From Pseudomonadota bacterium (lineage in GTDB: Bacteria; Bdellovibrionota_C; UBA2361; OMII01): a DNA stretch of 20,039 nucleotides. Made by a program: the position numbers and the translations under genes. The number at the start of each line of letters is the position of its first letter. Position 1 is the stretch's first letter. A model generated the notes under the pieces. The model had not been told where the DNA came from, did no database searches, and worked only from the letters and a program-made list of their open reading frames with translations. This document shows, in pieces, positions 1 to 8,858 of this stretch. The DNA is taken from the NCBI GenBank assembly GCA_038134595.1, contig JAYPVM010000019.1, positions 1 to 20,039 of the forward strand, written 5' to 3'.

Positions 1-272
1 CTGCCGGTTGTGTCTTAAGCTGGAAGAAGTGCGGATGAGGATTCAGATAGGTTAGAGATAGAAACTCTAACAGGGTGGTGCCCCCCCTCCGAGGATGACG
101 ATGACGGTTTCGCTACCAACTACTAGATTTATTGCATTATGCTTCAAGGCTGGAAGACTTAAGGTCTCCTCCTAGAAATAGACTTGAAGCCTTAAAGGGG
201 AACTTAAGTCGTAGCGATATGCGATTATATTGCTGAGAAAGGACAAGATTGGACATTTTCCTCGAGTCGCTT
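1..272 (-). mobile_element. IS91/ISCR-like element copy A: non-coding upstream (terIS-side) end; the transposase would lie off-window to the left
   Basis: By eye, bases 1-272 are identical to 18615-18886, which is upstream of the complete transposase. The two copies diverge abruptly after ...CTCGAGTCGCTT. Confidence 0.92.
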
Positions 273-273
273 C

Positions 274-525
274 ATCTCTTTTTTGTATGCAGGTTACTTT
301 TACTCATCCAAGCGTGCGACCCCGGGGAAAATGATGTTCGGACTTGAGGTAGTGCAAGAGTCTGGAGAAGCATTAGACTTTTTGAAAGCAGGTTTAAGAG
401 ACTCTCTAGGTAAGTATATTTCAGGAATTATTATCGGTATCGGATACTTACTTGCGCTTTTTCGCTCTGATCGATGTGCTTTGCACGATTTGATTTTTAA
501 AACGAAGGTAGTCAAGAAAGGCTAG
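274..525 (+). pseudogene. RDD-family membrane protein, C-terminal fragment (5' part cut off by element A)
   Basis: The translation carries the RDD C-terminal motifs ATPGKMMFGLEVV and ALHDLIFKTKVV. The N-terminal RR..A..ID segment is missing and the frame runs into the IS end. Confidence 0.8.
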
Positions 526-606
526 TGTATAGCATCCAACATGTTGCTCCTAGATTGAATTAGTTTATTACATGCTAGCCGCATCCTGAGCTAACCCGGA
601 TATCTC

Positions 607-1239
607 ATGAATCCGGCAAGTCACTTGAACCTCTCAAGGATACGTCTAAAGACAACTTTTCAGGATCACACTGGCTTTGGCGTCTGGATGGGGGACCCGT
701 TCCACGACAAAGAGAGCGAGCAGTTCGTCGCCCGTTACATCGAGCGCGCTCCACTATCCTTGGAGAAGCTCTCAATACAAGATGACATCGTTACCTACAC
801 CACTAAGGACGGGGCTGCTCACGAGTTTGACGCTCTGGAGTTTCTCGCTCAGCTTTCTTGTCACATACCCAAGACCTACGAGAGCATCACCAGGTACTAC
901 GGACGATATTCCTGTAGGCGTCGAGGTGAGCGCGCTAAGCTTGCTCCTCCAGACGAGGAACAAGAGAGTGACTATCACCGTGAGTTTCGCAGAAGTAGTT
1001 GGGCCGCGTGCATCAAGCGAATCTATGAAATTGACCCACTAGAGTGCCCCAAATGCAAGGCGCAGATGAGGATCATAGCCTTCATCCAGGACGAGCACTC
1101 CATCAAAGAGATTATGAAGTCCAAAGGGATTGCTGACTTTAGAGCACCTCCTCCTATCCCAAAGTTCATCGATGCGTCCGAAGCTCTCGATGAACTTCCC
1201 TCCTACGACTCATTTGAGCCTGCATCTGATGACTTCTAA
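607..1239 (+). pseudogene. C-terminal fragment of IS91-family transposase (lacks the N-terminal Zn-binding domain and the HUH motif)
   Basis: From QDHTGFGVW onward it is highly similar to the C-terminal ~190 aa of 17292-18590. The first 18 aa are unrelated flanking sequence. Confidence 0.88.
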
Positions 1240-1468
1240 ATTCCGCTTCCACAGAGACGGAGCCGGTGAAGTGTAGGTACAATGATACTTTTCGCAACTT
1301 AGCTCGTCCCTCGCTGCTCTGCTTGGGCACTTGAAACCCTAAACCGGAGCTAAAGACTCGCAATTTCAACCCTTACCTAATCCCCCGCTGGGGGGGGCTA
1401 GACCTCATGGGTCCTTCGGCTACGACGGTTTAACTACTTGCTAAAAGTGGATTGATCTTACTATCCAT
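660..1468 (+). mobile_element. IS91/ISCR-like element copy B, 5'-truncated, with intact oriIS-type end (...GATCTTACTATCCAT)
   Basis: Homology to copy C starts at CAGGAT (QD, 661). There are 229 bp from the stop codon to the terminal CAT, the same distance as in copy C. The last ~50 bp are nearly identical to the reverse complement of 17063-17112. Confidence 0.88.
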
Positions 1469-2015
1469 GATATCTCTTTCGGAGGCGGGTTTCTTCGTCC
1501 TGAAGGCCCTTCAATTTATCTGGAAGCGGAGCCAACGCCTTCGACAGCATGGTGACCGTTGCGGCCTTTACAGACTTTTCGCCGGTATTTGTGTCGAAGC
1601 GAACGCCTGTAACCCCGATGATATCACCGAGGTCTACATAACGAGTCCAAAAATCAAACCCACGAGAGTCGCTGTCTTTTAAATCTTTCTTCGACAGAAC
1701 TATTTGAATAGTTCCACTCGAGTCGGCGAGCTGAAAGAAAGCGATGGAGCCCATGATACGCTGACGCATGATACGTCCAGCAACTGTCACTGGGCGTCCA
1801 ACTTCGCACTGCACGACATCGGCTGCCGAGTCCTTCATAAACGGACCCGATGGGTAAGGATCTACGCCCGCTTCGCGAAGTGATTCTAATTTGGAGATCC
1901 GCGCGCCACGAAGTTGGTCGACTTGCGCTTCAGGCGATTGCTCAGCCTTCACGTCCACCGTTGTTTTTTTAAAAGGCGCTAGTTCATTTACGACGTCTGG
2001 CACCGTTTTTAACAT
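1461..2015 (-). pseudogene. lysS: Lysyl-tRNA synthetase (class II), N-terminal anticodon-binding OB-fold only, truncated by element B
   Basis: Motifs GVDPYP, VAGRIM, DLGDIIGVTG, TGEKSV and PLPDK..GLQDEETRLRKRY are present. The expected LDL and the catalytic domain are replaced by HG-stop read from the IS end. Confidence 0.9.
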
Positions 2016-2213
2016 TAAACCCGTTACAAACGGAACCCTGACCTCACTTAACTACGGAAAACTCAAGGTGTTCGGAGTATTTAAAAATGTAAGGAGAAAC
2101 TTCTTGGAAGCTGCTCTTATTTACACCCTAGACGCTCCAGGCGGCTTCTGCACAGCACGCATCCGAGGCGTACTGGCAAAGTAATTTGATCAACAAACAA
2201 GATTAGAAGACTT

Positions 2214-2239
2214 AGCCCTGTTACGTAAGTAACAGGGCT
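2214..2239. terminator. Perfect 11-bp hairpin, candidate terminator downstream of the ProRS paralog
   Basis: AGCCCTGTTAC-gtaa-GTAACAGGGCT lies 28 bp beyond the stop of 2268-3710. The U-tract is weak on either strand. Confidence 0.55.
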
Positions 2240-2267
2240 TTCATATTTGAGAACAACAACCCCTACT

Positions 2268-3710
2268 CTACTGGTAACTTCCTAGCTCCTCATTAAGCTC
2301 AAGGGCATAAACTCTAGATACGGCCTCAGAAATCTGATGCAAAGGGAACAGCACCGGTTTTGATACAGACTTCGCCTGAATTTCAAATTCCCCATTCTTA
2401 AGACTCCTAGGACCGATCACAACTCTAATAGGACACCCAATCCGATCTTGATCGTTAAACTTAACCCCTGCACTTACCTTTCTATCATCAAGTAGCACTC
2501 TAAAGCCTTTTGCCTGCAACTCGCTAAAAGCTTTCTCTGCCATGACATACGTGTCACTACCTCCAGATCCAACTGGCACCAGAGCAATCTCATATGGAGC
2601 TACTGCGATAGGCCAACTCACACCGTCAGGGGTTCTGTGGTGCTCAAGTAGCGCCACTAATCCCTTAGCAAGACTAAATCCACCACTTACTATACGAAGA
2701 GGTTCTCTCTGGCCTTTGTCATTTGTATAGTAAAGGCCATCACCAAGTTCAGCGTAGTGTGTTCCAAGCATTGATGACTGCGCAACACGAGAAACCCTTA
2801 GCAGCTTACCCCTATCTCCATACTGTGAGCTTGAAGAATCACTCAACACCTCAATGGGTAACGTAGTTGCCAGAAGCTTACCGTCAGGACCAACTAATAT
2901 GGCCTCTTCCCCAAAAATATGTGAAGTATCTTCAGTTACTGTCGCCTGCGGAACATAGATATTTATCGACGAATGCGCAGATGGCTCATGCCCCTCTCTA
3001 CATTCTGGCCCAGAGACCGGGCTGACACCACACACCTTTAGTGCATCACAATATGCGTTTGCCAACTTTTCTTGCCAATTTGAACACTGCTCTTCGCCAT
3101 TCTCAAACACATAGGACTCATGCAGTACATATTCACTTGACCTATGCAGACCGTGCGCTCCTCTATTTATACGGAAATGAGGCTCCTGTTGATAAAGCAC
3201 AAAGGGGAGATGTTTATGTGAAATAGAACCGAGTGGTCGAATGGTTTCAACTATAAATTCTTCACAAGACGGACTAAGACACAACGATCTCGCATCTAAA
3301 GAGGTATGGAAAAAAGTGTCTTTAAAGGTGTCATATCGACCATCACTCTCTCCAGGCCTCCACACTTCTAGCGGTTGAAGAACAGGAAGAGAGATCTTCT
3401 GCCCCCCTATCTGTGATAGTTTGGCATCAAGTAACTTCTCAAGCCTCGAATACACAGCTTTCCCCATCGGAAGCATGGCATATACCCCAGATGAAGTTGG
3501 GGTACTAAGATTTAAAAGCTCAGCGAGCTTAGCGCAATCAACATCTTTAAGATCTACTTTTCTGTAATTGAGTGGGAAAAATCCCGCCGTCATTCGTAAC
3601 GATTCTTGCTCCCTAAACTCTTGAGCAAATATCTGCCTTAGATCACTGACTTCACCCAGCTCACTAGAGGTCTGTTCAGATTTATCACCATGATTTTGCT
3701 GAGGGTCCAT
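2268..3710 (-). CDS. Divergent prolyl-tRNA synthetase paralog (class IIa aaRS fold with anticodon-binding domain, remodelled active site)
   Basis: GVYAMLPMG, LPVLQPLEVW, LSPSCEE, LPFVLYQ..FR, GVSWPIAVAP and LLDDR..SAGVKF..DRIGCP are collinear with the ProRS at 15171-16592, but motifs 2 and 3 are altered. Confidence 0.85.
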   Translation of the reverse strand: MDPQQNHGDKSEQTSSELGEVSDLRQIFAQEFREQESLRMTAGFFPLNYRKVDLKDVDCAKLAELLNLSTPTSSGVYAMLPMGKAVYSRLEKLLDAKLSQIGGQKISLPVLQPLEVWRPGESDGRYDTFKDTFFHTSLDARSLCLSPSCEEFIVETIRPLGSISHKHLPFVLYQQEPHFRINRGAHGLHRSSEYVLHESYVFENGEEQCSNWQEKLANAYCDALKVCGVSPVSGPECREGHEPSAHSSINIYVPQATVTEDTSHIFGEEAILVGPDGKLLATTLPIEVLSDSSSSQYGDRGKLLRVSRVAQSSMLGTHYAELGDGLYYTNDKGQREPLRIVSGGFSLAKGLVALLEHHRTPDGVSWPIAVAPYEIALVPVGSGGSDTYVMAEKAFSELQAKGFRVLLDDRKVSAGVKFNDQDRIGCPIRVVIGPRSLKNGEFEIQAKSVSKPVLFPLHQISEAVSRVYALELNEELGSYQ

Positions 3711-3789
3711 ATTTCTAATACCTGTAATAAGAAGTTACTACGTATTCTACTCTCAGAGGAAATTCAAATCAAAATAATAGTGATTCTTC

Positions 3790-5565
3790 TTACTCTTTAC
3801 GTATGATTAGCGAACCAATTCTTAAGTATTCTAAATCAGAGTGCTCCATTATGTGGATACAATCCGCAACATCGGTAGCAATCGGCGATCCGTGTAGATT
3901 TAGCGAAGTGTTAAGCAAGGCTCCCCTACCTGTAATTTCACGAAATTTCAGCAATAGTGTATAGAAGTCACTATTTGTATCTTCTGTTACCATTTGAACC
4001 CTGCTGGTATTATCTGCCGGATGGAGCGCTGCTGGCAGATCGCTAAGCGCGCGCTCCGTCACATCCTGCGCTACCGTCATCCAACGCATGTCAAGTTGTG
4101 GCCCCACCTCTCTTGTATAGCGAGCAACGTCAGAATCGATTATTGACGGAGCAAAGGGCATCCAAAAGTCTCTCTTCTTAATCATCTGATTTATCTTCTT
4201 AACCACCCCCGCTCTCGCAGGATCAGCGATCAACGATCTGTTACCAAGAGCTCTCGGCCCCCATTCGCACCTTCCACTTACCCAGCCCACTACCTCACCG
4301 CTCGCTAACAGAGCTGCAACCTCTTGATGCGGATCCTCACTATGTATTACAAGGTAAGAATACTTCGTGCCGTTTTCTTCAAAGTAGCTCTTCACCTCTT
4401 CTTCATTTACCGAAACACCAAGAGAGCCAGTTGATACCGGACGTAGCGATACCCCTCCCTTTAGCAAATTTCCATATGCACAGCAGCCAACAACAAGGGA
4501 TTCATCAGAAGCAGCCGGTGTGATTACGATGCTCTTTATTCCCTTAATATTAGATATTGCCTGATTAAGCTTTACGTTCATAAAGACTCCACCAGCAAAT
4601 GATAAATTCCATATACCAAGCTTCTCTGCCCAGTACGTCACCCATTCACAAACAAGCTCTTCAATAAACGCCTGTGCCGCCCCAGCTACACAATCAAAGC
4701 GGTCGTAGGCACATTCACTTAGGAGAAAGTACCTCACAAGTTCCATTGAAAATTGCGATCGAAATCGACCATCATCTGCCAACCATAATATATCCTTAAA
4801 CTTCGCCTTAATCCGTCCGACCTCAGCCTCATACGCATACGGTGCGAGCCCCATTACCTTATATTCATGCTCATCAGGCCTCATCCCCAGAAATGCTGTA
4901 ATCTCTCTATAAAACCTCCCCGGGGAAGGATAACGTGTGGTACGCGAAACTCTTTTAAGCACACCGGCTTCGGTAAGTAAACTTACACTTGCGCATCTGT
5001 TATCTCCCGAACCATCAAGTGTAAATACGATACGCTCATCCTCTTGCCCGCTGTAGTAGAGAGTCGAATAAGCATGCGCCTTGTGGTGATCTAGATAAAT
5101 AAACTTCTCTGATCCGAGTCCAGTCTTTTCCTCTAAATAAGCCCGAAACCTTTTTTTCACTTCGGCATCTCTGTCTAACCTGCCAACAGCTTTTAAATCT
5201 TTAATCAAATACTCTCTAAAGTAATCCCTGTTCCTTAACCGAAAAAGCTCTGGAACTTCCGGAACTGTCCCACTTGAATAGGCTTTATAATATTGGTGAT
5301 CGGTAAAATTACCTTGCTCCACATAAAAGTCATACTCAAGATTAGACCCGCATGGCACAACAAGTTGATCAATCTTCTGACAATCACCCTTAAGATACGT
5401 ATTAACCATGTAGGCATAAGCTTTCTCAGGAAACCCGACATGATTTTTTTTCTTACTAAGTCGCTCTTCACTAAGCGCAAATATTATCTCGCCATCTCGG
5501 CTCAGTGCAACAGAACCGTTATGTCCAAAATAAACTCCAACGATATTGTAACTTGTACCAGTCAT
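3790..5565 (-). CDS. Carbamoyltransferase, CmcH/NodU/TobZ family (Kae1-like + YrdC-like domains)
   Basis: Family motifs EERLSKKK, HHKAHA, DGSGD, EYKVMGLAPY, AGGVFMNVKLN, EWGPRALGNRS, KKRDFWMPFAPS and NTSLNLHG. Confidence 0.95.
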   Translation of the reverse strand: MTGTSYNIVGVYFGHNGSVALSRDGEIIFALSEERLSKKKNHVGFPEKAYAYMVNTYLKGDCQKIDQLVVPCGSNLEYDFYVEQGNFTDHQYYKAYSSGTVPEVPELFRLRNRDYFREYLIKDLKAVGRLDRDAEVKKRFRAYLEEKTGLGSEKFIYLDHHKAHAYSTLYYSGQEDERIVFTLDGSGDNRCASVSLLTEAGVLKRVSRTTRYPSPGRFYREITAFLGMRPDEHEYKVMGLAPYAYEAEVGRIKAKFKDILWLADDGRFRSQFSMELVRYFLLSECAYDRFDCVAGAAQAFIEELVCEWVTYWAEKLGIWNLSFAGGVFMNVKLNQAISNIKGIKSIVITPAASDESLVVGCCAYGNLLKGGVSLRPVSTGSLGVSVNEEEVKSYFEENGTKYSYLVIHSEDPHQEVAALLASGEVVGWVSGRCEWGPRALGNRSLIADPARAGVVKKINQMIKKRDFWMPFAPSIIDSDVARYTREVGPQLDMRWMTVAQDVTERALSDLPAALHPADNTSRVQMVTEDTNSDFYTLLLKFREITGRGALLNTSLNLHGSPIATDVADCIHIMEHSDLEYLRIGSLIIRKE

Positions 5566-6350
5566 ATGCTTAGAAGATTATCACTCCCTGTCGTGTAGAA
5601 ACGCTCCGCGTAAGTCGCTGTCTTAAGACCTGATACCTCTGCTACATATTTAGAATGCCGCTTAAGTAACTCTGACATCTCTTCAGGGCCACCAAACTGA
5701 TTAACAATTTGAGAAGCATAGACGCTAGCTAGCGATACCTTGTCCTCAATATATCCATCAACTTCACAGGCATCGGCGTTAAGGTTTACACTCCCTAACC
5801 GAGTAAAAGAACTACGATCTCTTAATCCATAAGGTAGCTCTTCATAATAATAAGCCTGCACCTCGTCTCCAAACTCTTTCATTACATGCTCACATGCCCT
5901 TACAACAACAGCGTGATCAATGTGACCCCCTGCCCCTAAAGGGACAAATAGAAGCGCTTCACCACCTCCCCCAATAGTATCTATAAGCTCACTAGCTATC
6001 ATCTGCGCTAACTGCTCATGGGCGATTGCAAAGTTCCACTTAAACAACGTACGAATATCTCGATTTTCTCTATAAGGTGCCTCAAGATAGGAAAGATCTA
6101 TACTTCGACTTACACCTGCTCTTTGAACATAGTTAGCGTTTTCTACAGAGCGCGCTGCAAGATAGTGTTCTTCAGGTAAAAACCCCTTACTTACCTGACA
6201 TTCCAGAGCAAACTCTGTCATCGGTCGTTCATCACGTGTAAAAACTGTTATCAGCTCAACATTTATTCCACGACGCACAAACTTAAGAAGTGTTCCACCA
6301 CAGGAAAAAGCTACATCATCGTAATGAGGTGACACAAAGACAGCTCGCAC
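5562..6350 (-). CDS. PIG-L/LmbE family de-N-acetylase
   Basis: Metal-binding motifs SPHYDD and GGHIDH, plus YASQ near the C-terminus. It overlaps the carbamoyltransferase start by 4 bp. Confidence 0.92.
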   Translation of the reverse strand: MRAVFVSPHYDDVAFSCGGTLLKFVRRGINVELITVFTRDERPMTEFALECQVSKGFLPEEHYLAARSVENANYVQRAGVSRSIDLSYLEAPYRENRDIRTLFKWNFAIAHEQLAQMIASELIDTIGGGGEALLFVPLGAGGHIDHAVVVRACEHVMKEFGDEVQAYYYEELPYGLRDRSSFTRLGSVNLNADACEVDGYIEDKVSLASVYASQIVNQFGGPEEMSELLKRHSKYVAEVSGLKTATYAERFYTTGSDNLLSI

Positions 6351-6363
6351 TCACCCTCTCCTA

Positions 6364-7650
6364 TTATAAAAGATTTGGGTTTGCCCTAAATCTACACCTA
6401 TCGTCCTTAAACTCTTCATACACTGGGAAGGTAAGATTTATAGAGCGAGAATATGCATTAATTGCATTCTGATACACATCAACAATCTGAGAGCTAACAA
6501 CTTTCCACGACCACTTTTCTCTCACTTCCCTTAGCCCTTCAGTAGTCATACGCTCACAAAGGTCAATATCTTCAGAGAGCCTCTTGATACTAGAAAGCAG
6601 CGCAGGGCTATCTTTAATAGGACACAACAGCGCAGTTTCCTCATTACGTAAAACATCACGCACTCCAATTGTACTGGTACTTACTACCGGTAACTTTGAG
6701 GCAAGCGCCTCTACGATTGTATTTGAAAACCCTTCTGCGTAGGTAGGTGAACAAAAAATATCAGACAATTGGTACACCTCTTGCGCATCGGCATAACCAA
6801 TATAGCCACCCATCTTTATAGACTCTGACATACGATGCTCATCTATATACTCTCTAACTTCTCGCTCATTTGGGCCAACACCACTTATATATAAAAAAGG
6901 CTTGATGACAGTAGAGTCCTTAAGAAGCTCCTTAAAAGCTTGGAGAAGCTCTAGAACACCCTTACGTAAGTCAACTCGACCATGATACAAAATGACCATC
7001 GCTTCTTTAGGAATGTTATATTTATTCCGCAACTCTTGCTTCTTACCAACACTCTCTACAGGTGCAAACTTACTCGTATCTGTACCGCCTGGAATAATAT
7101 CAAAGTTCACCTCTATATCATTATTCTCCTGAACCTCTTCGGCAAATGTACTTGTCCCTATAATTAGAGAATCAGCTCCTCTAAGGAGCGTGCGCATAAT
7201 TTCGCGGTGATAGTCACAACACGTACCAAACCAGTGACCATCCCCCCCTTGAATACTCACCACACAGGGTAAACCAAGGTCCCTAGCCGCTAACAATGAC
7301 GCATAGCCCGGCGGATACGCAAACTGCGCATGTATAAGATCAAATGGTTTTTCGCTGTGCTGCCTTAGCACCTCATCTCTTAGAGCATCAACATCTTTCT
7401 CAAAAGCTCCCCCATGCCCCTCTCCAAGCTGCGGCACGCCTACAACGCGCACTCCATCTAACTGCTGCGGCGGGCCATCATGATACACATTCTCTCTCTC
7501 TGGCTCCCTATACTGGGAAACTACTGAGATATCATGCCCGACATCCCGTAGTGACTGTACCAAATTAAGAGCATAGGCACTCATTCCCGAGATTGCGGGA
7601 AAGAACCGCCTACTCACAAAACATATTCGCATATTCTCAAGCCTCGGCAC
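6364..7650 (-). CDS. Glycosyltransferase family 4 (GT-B, retaining)
   Basis: N-terminal MRICFVSRRFFP, GRVDLRKG and the EX7E motif EGFSNTIVE. An alternative ATG start is at 7632. Confidence 0.93.
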   Translation of the reverse strand: MPRLENMRICFVSRRFFPAISGMSAYALNLVQSLRDVGHDISVVSQYREPERENVYHDGPPQQLDGVRVVGVPQLGEGHGGAFEKDVDALRDEVLRQHSEKPFDLIHAQFAYPPGYASLLAARDLGLPCVVSIQGGDGHWFGTCCDYHREIMRTLLRGADSLIIGTSTFAEEVQENNDIEVNFDIIPGGTDTSKFAPVESVGKKQELRNKYNIPKEAMVILYHGRVDLRKGVLELLQAFKELLKDSTVIKPFLYISGVGPNEREVREYIDEHRMSESIKMGGYIGYADAQEVYQLSDIFCSPTYAEGFSNTIVEALASKLPVVSTSTIGVRDVLRNEETALLCPIKDSPALLSSIKRLSEDIDLCERMTTEGLREVREKWSWKVVSSQIVDVYQNAINAYSRSINLTFPVYEEFKDDRCRFRANPNLL

Positions 7651-7657
7651 TTACCTA

Positions 7658-8824
7658 CTAGTATTCTTTAAGTGTTAGGACAGCATCTTTTAAGATTGTC
7701 ATATCCATTGTATCAACCTCATATCCGCTTCCGATCTCATCGATGAGCATGACTGTTAGCCTCCCTCCAAGATGCTGTCTGAACTCTTCAAGTCCGTGTA
7801 GCATACTTTCAGGATTCTCTGGTTCATTTAAAGATTTTTCCATCAAAGGGTGATACAACTCAAACTTAAGCCCCTTAAATGCCTCCATGCACCTTCTCCA
7901 ACTCTCCTCAGATAATTTGCCAACGAGATAAGAATAGGTAACATCAAGCGCTACTCCAAAAGCAACAGACTCTCCATGAGTCATCTTAAAATCAGACATC
8001 TGCTCAAGCTTATGAGCAGCCCAATGTCCAAAATCAAGAGGCCTAGAACTACCAAACTCAAACGGATCACCAGAGGTCGCAATGTGTTTAAGATGTAGCT
8101 CTGCGCATTTAGCAATAACATGCAGACTCCCCTCGCGCTCTCTCGATATAATGTCTTTTGAAAGGTCTTCTATCTCCTTTAGAAATGGCTCATCTTGTAG
8201 TATCGCAACCTTAACTGCCTCTGAGTAACCTGGAAGGTAGTGCTCCTCTGGCAGCGAATCAAGTAATGCGATATCACAAAACACGCCATTAGGAGGGGTA
8301 AACGTACCTACAAAGTTTTTCTTCCCATCAAAATTCATAGATGTCTTCACACCTAGAGCCGCATCAGACTGCGCAAGTACTGTAGTGGGCACACGGAGCA
8401 TCCTAACCCCGCGGTGTGATGTTGCTGCAACATATCCCGCAATATCCATCAAGGTGCCTCCACCAATACCCATTATATATGAATGTCTGCAAATATTGTA
8501 TTCAGCAACAGCACTATAAAGTTCATTTACTATATCAAACCGTGATTTAAGCGCTTCCCCTCCCTTAAGGAGTATAGGCGTAGACACAAGTGCTGGCATC
8601 CCTTCTTCTGAAAAGTACTCCTCCACTTCTTGAATAAGTTTAGGATTACCCTCTAATAAATTCTCATCGACAATGCATAGCAGCCTAATACTTTGGTTAG
8701 CGCCCTGATCCTTAAAGAACTGCTTAAGCTCACCATTACTTTTTGAAAATAAGTTTTCCGTAAATACAACCGGATACCTGTAATGAAGATCTAGCTTTTG
8801 TTCTACATTATATTTTTCAAACAT
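7658..8824 (-). CDS. Sugar-phosphate cyclase, 3-dehydroquinate synthase-like (EboD-type)
   Basis: GGGTLMDIAG, RVPTTVLAQSD, GVKT, KNFVGTF and EAVK are present, plus the EboD-type segment GDPFEFGSSRPLDFGHWAAHKLE where AroB has R..LNFGHT. Confidence 0.88.
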   Translation of the reverse strand: MFEKYNVEQKLDLHYRYPVVFTENLFSKSNGELKQFFKDQGANQSIRLLCIVDENLLEGNPKLIQEVEEYFSEEGMPALVSTPILLKGGEALKSRFDIVNELYSAVAEYNICRHSYIMGIGGGTLMDIAGYVAATSHRGVRMLRVPTTVLAQSDAALGVKTSMNFDGKKNFVGTFTPPNGVFCDIALLDSLPEEHYLPGYSEAVKVAILQDEPFLKEIEDLSKDIISREREGSLHVIAKCAELHLKHIATSGDPFEFGSSRPLDFGHWAAHKLEQMSDFKMTHGESVAFGVALDVTYSYLVGKLSEESWRRCMEAFKGLKFELYHPLMEKSLNEPENPESMLHGLEEFRQHLGGRLTVMLIDEIGSGYEVDTMDMTILKDAVLTLKEY

Positions 8825-8858
8825 CTTAAATACTCCTTTAACGTACTACACAAAAAAA

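Noticed and set aside
7658..8824. Calling this gene aroB or the locus an ebo cluster
   Set aside because: The motifs are EboD-type, there is no shikimate gene context, and the other ebo genes are absent.
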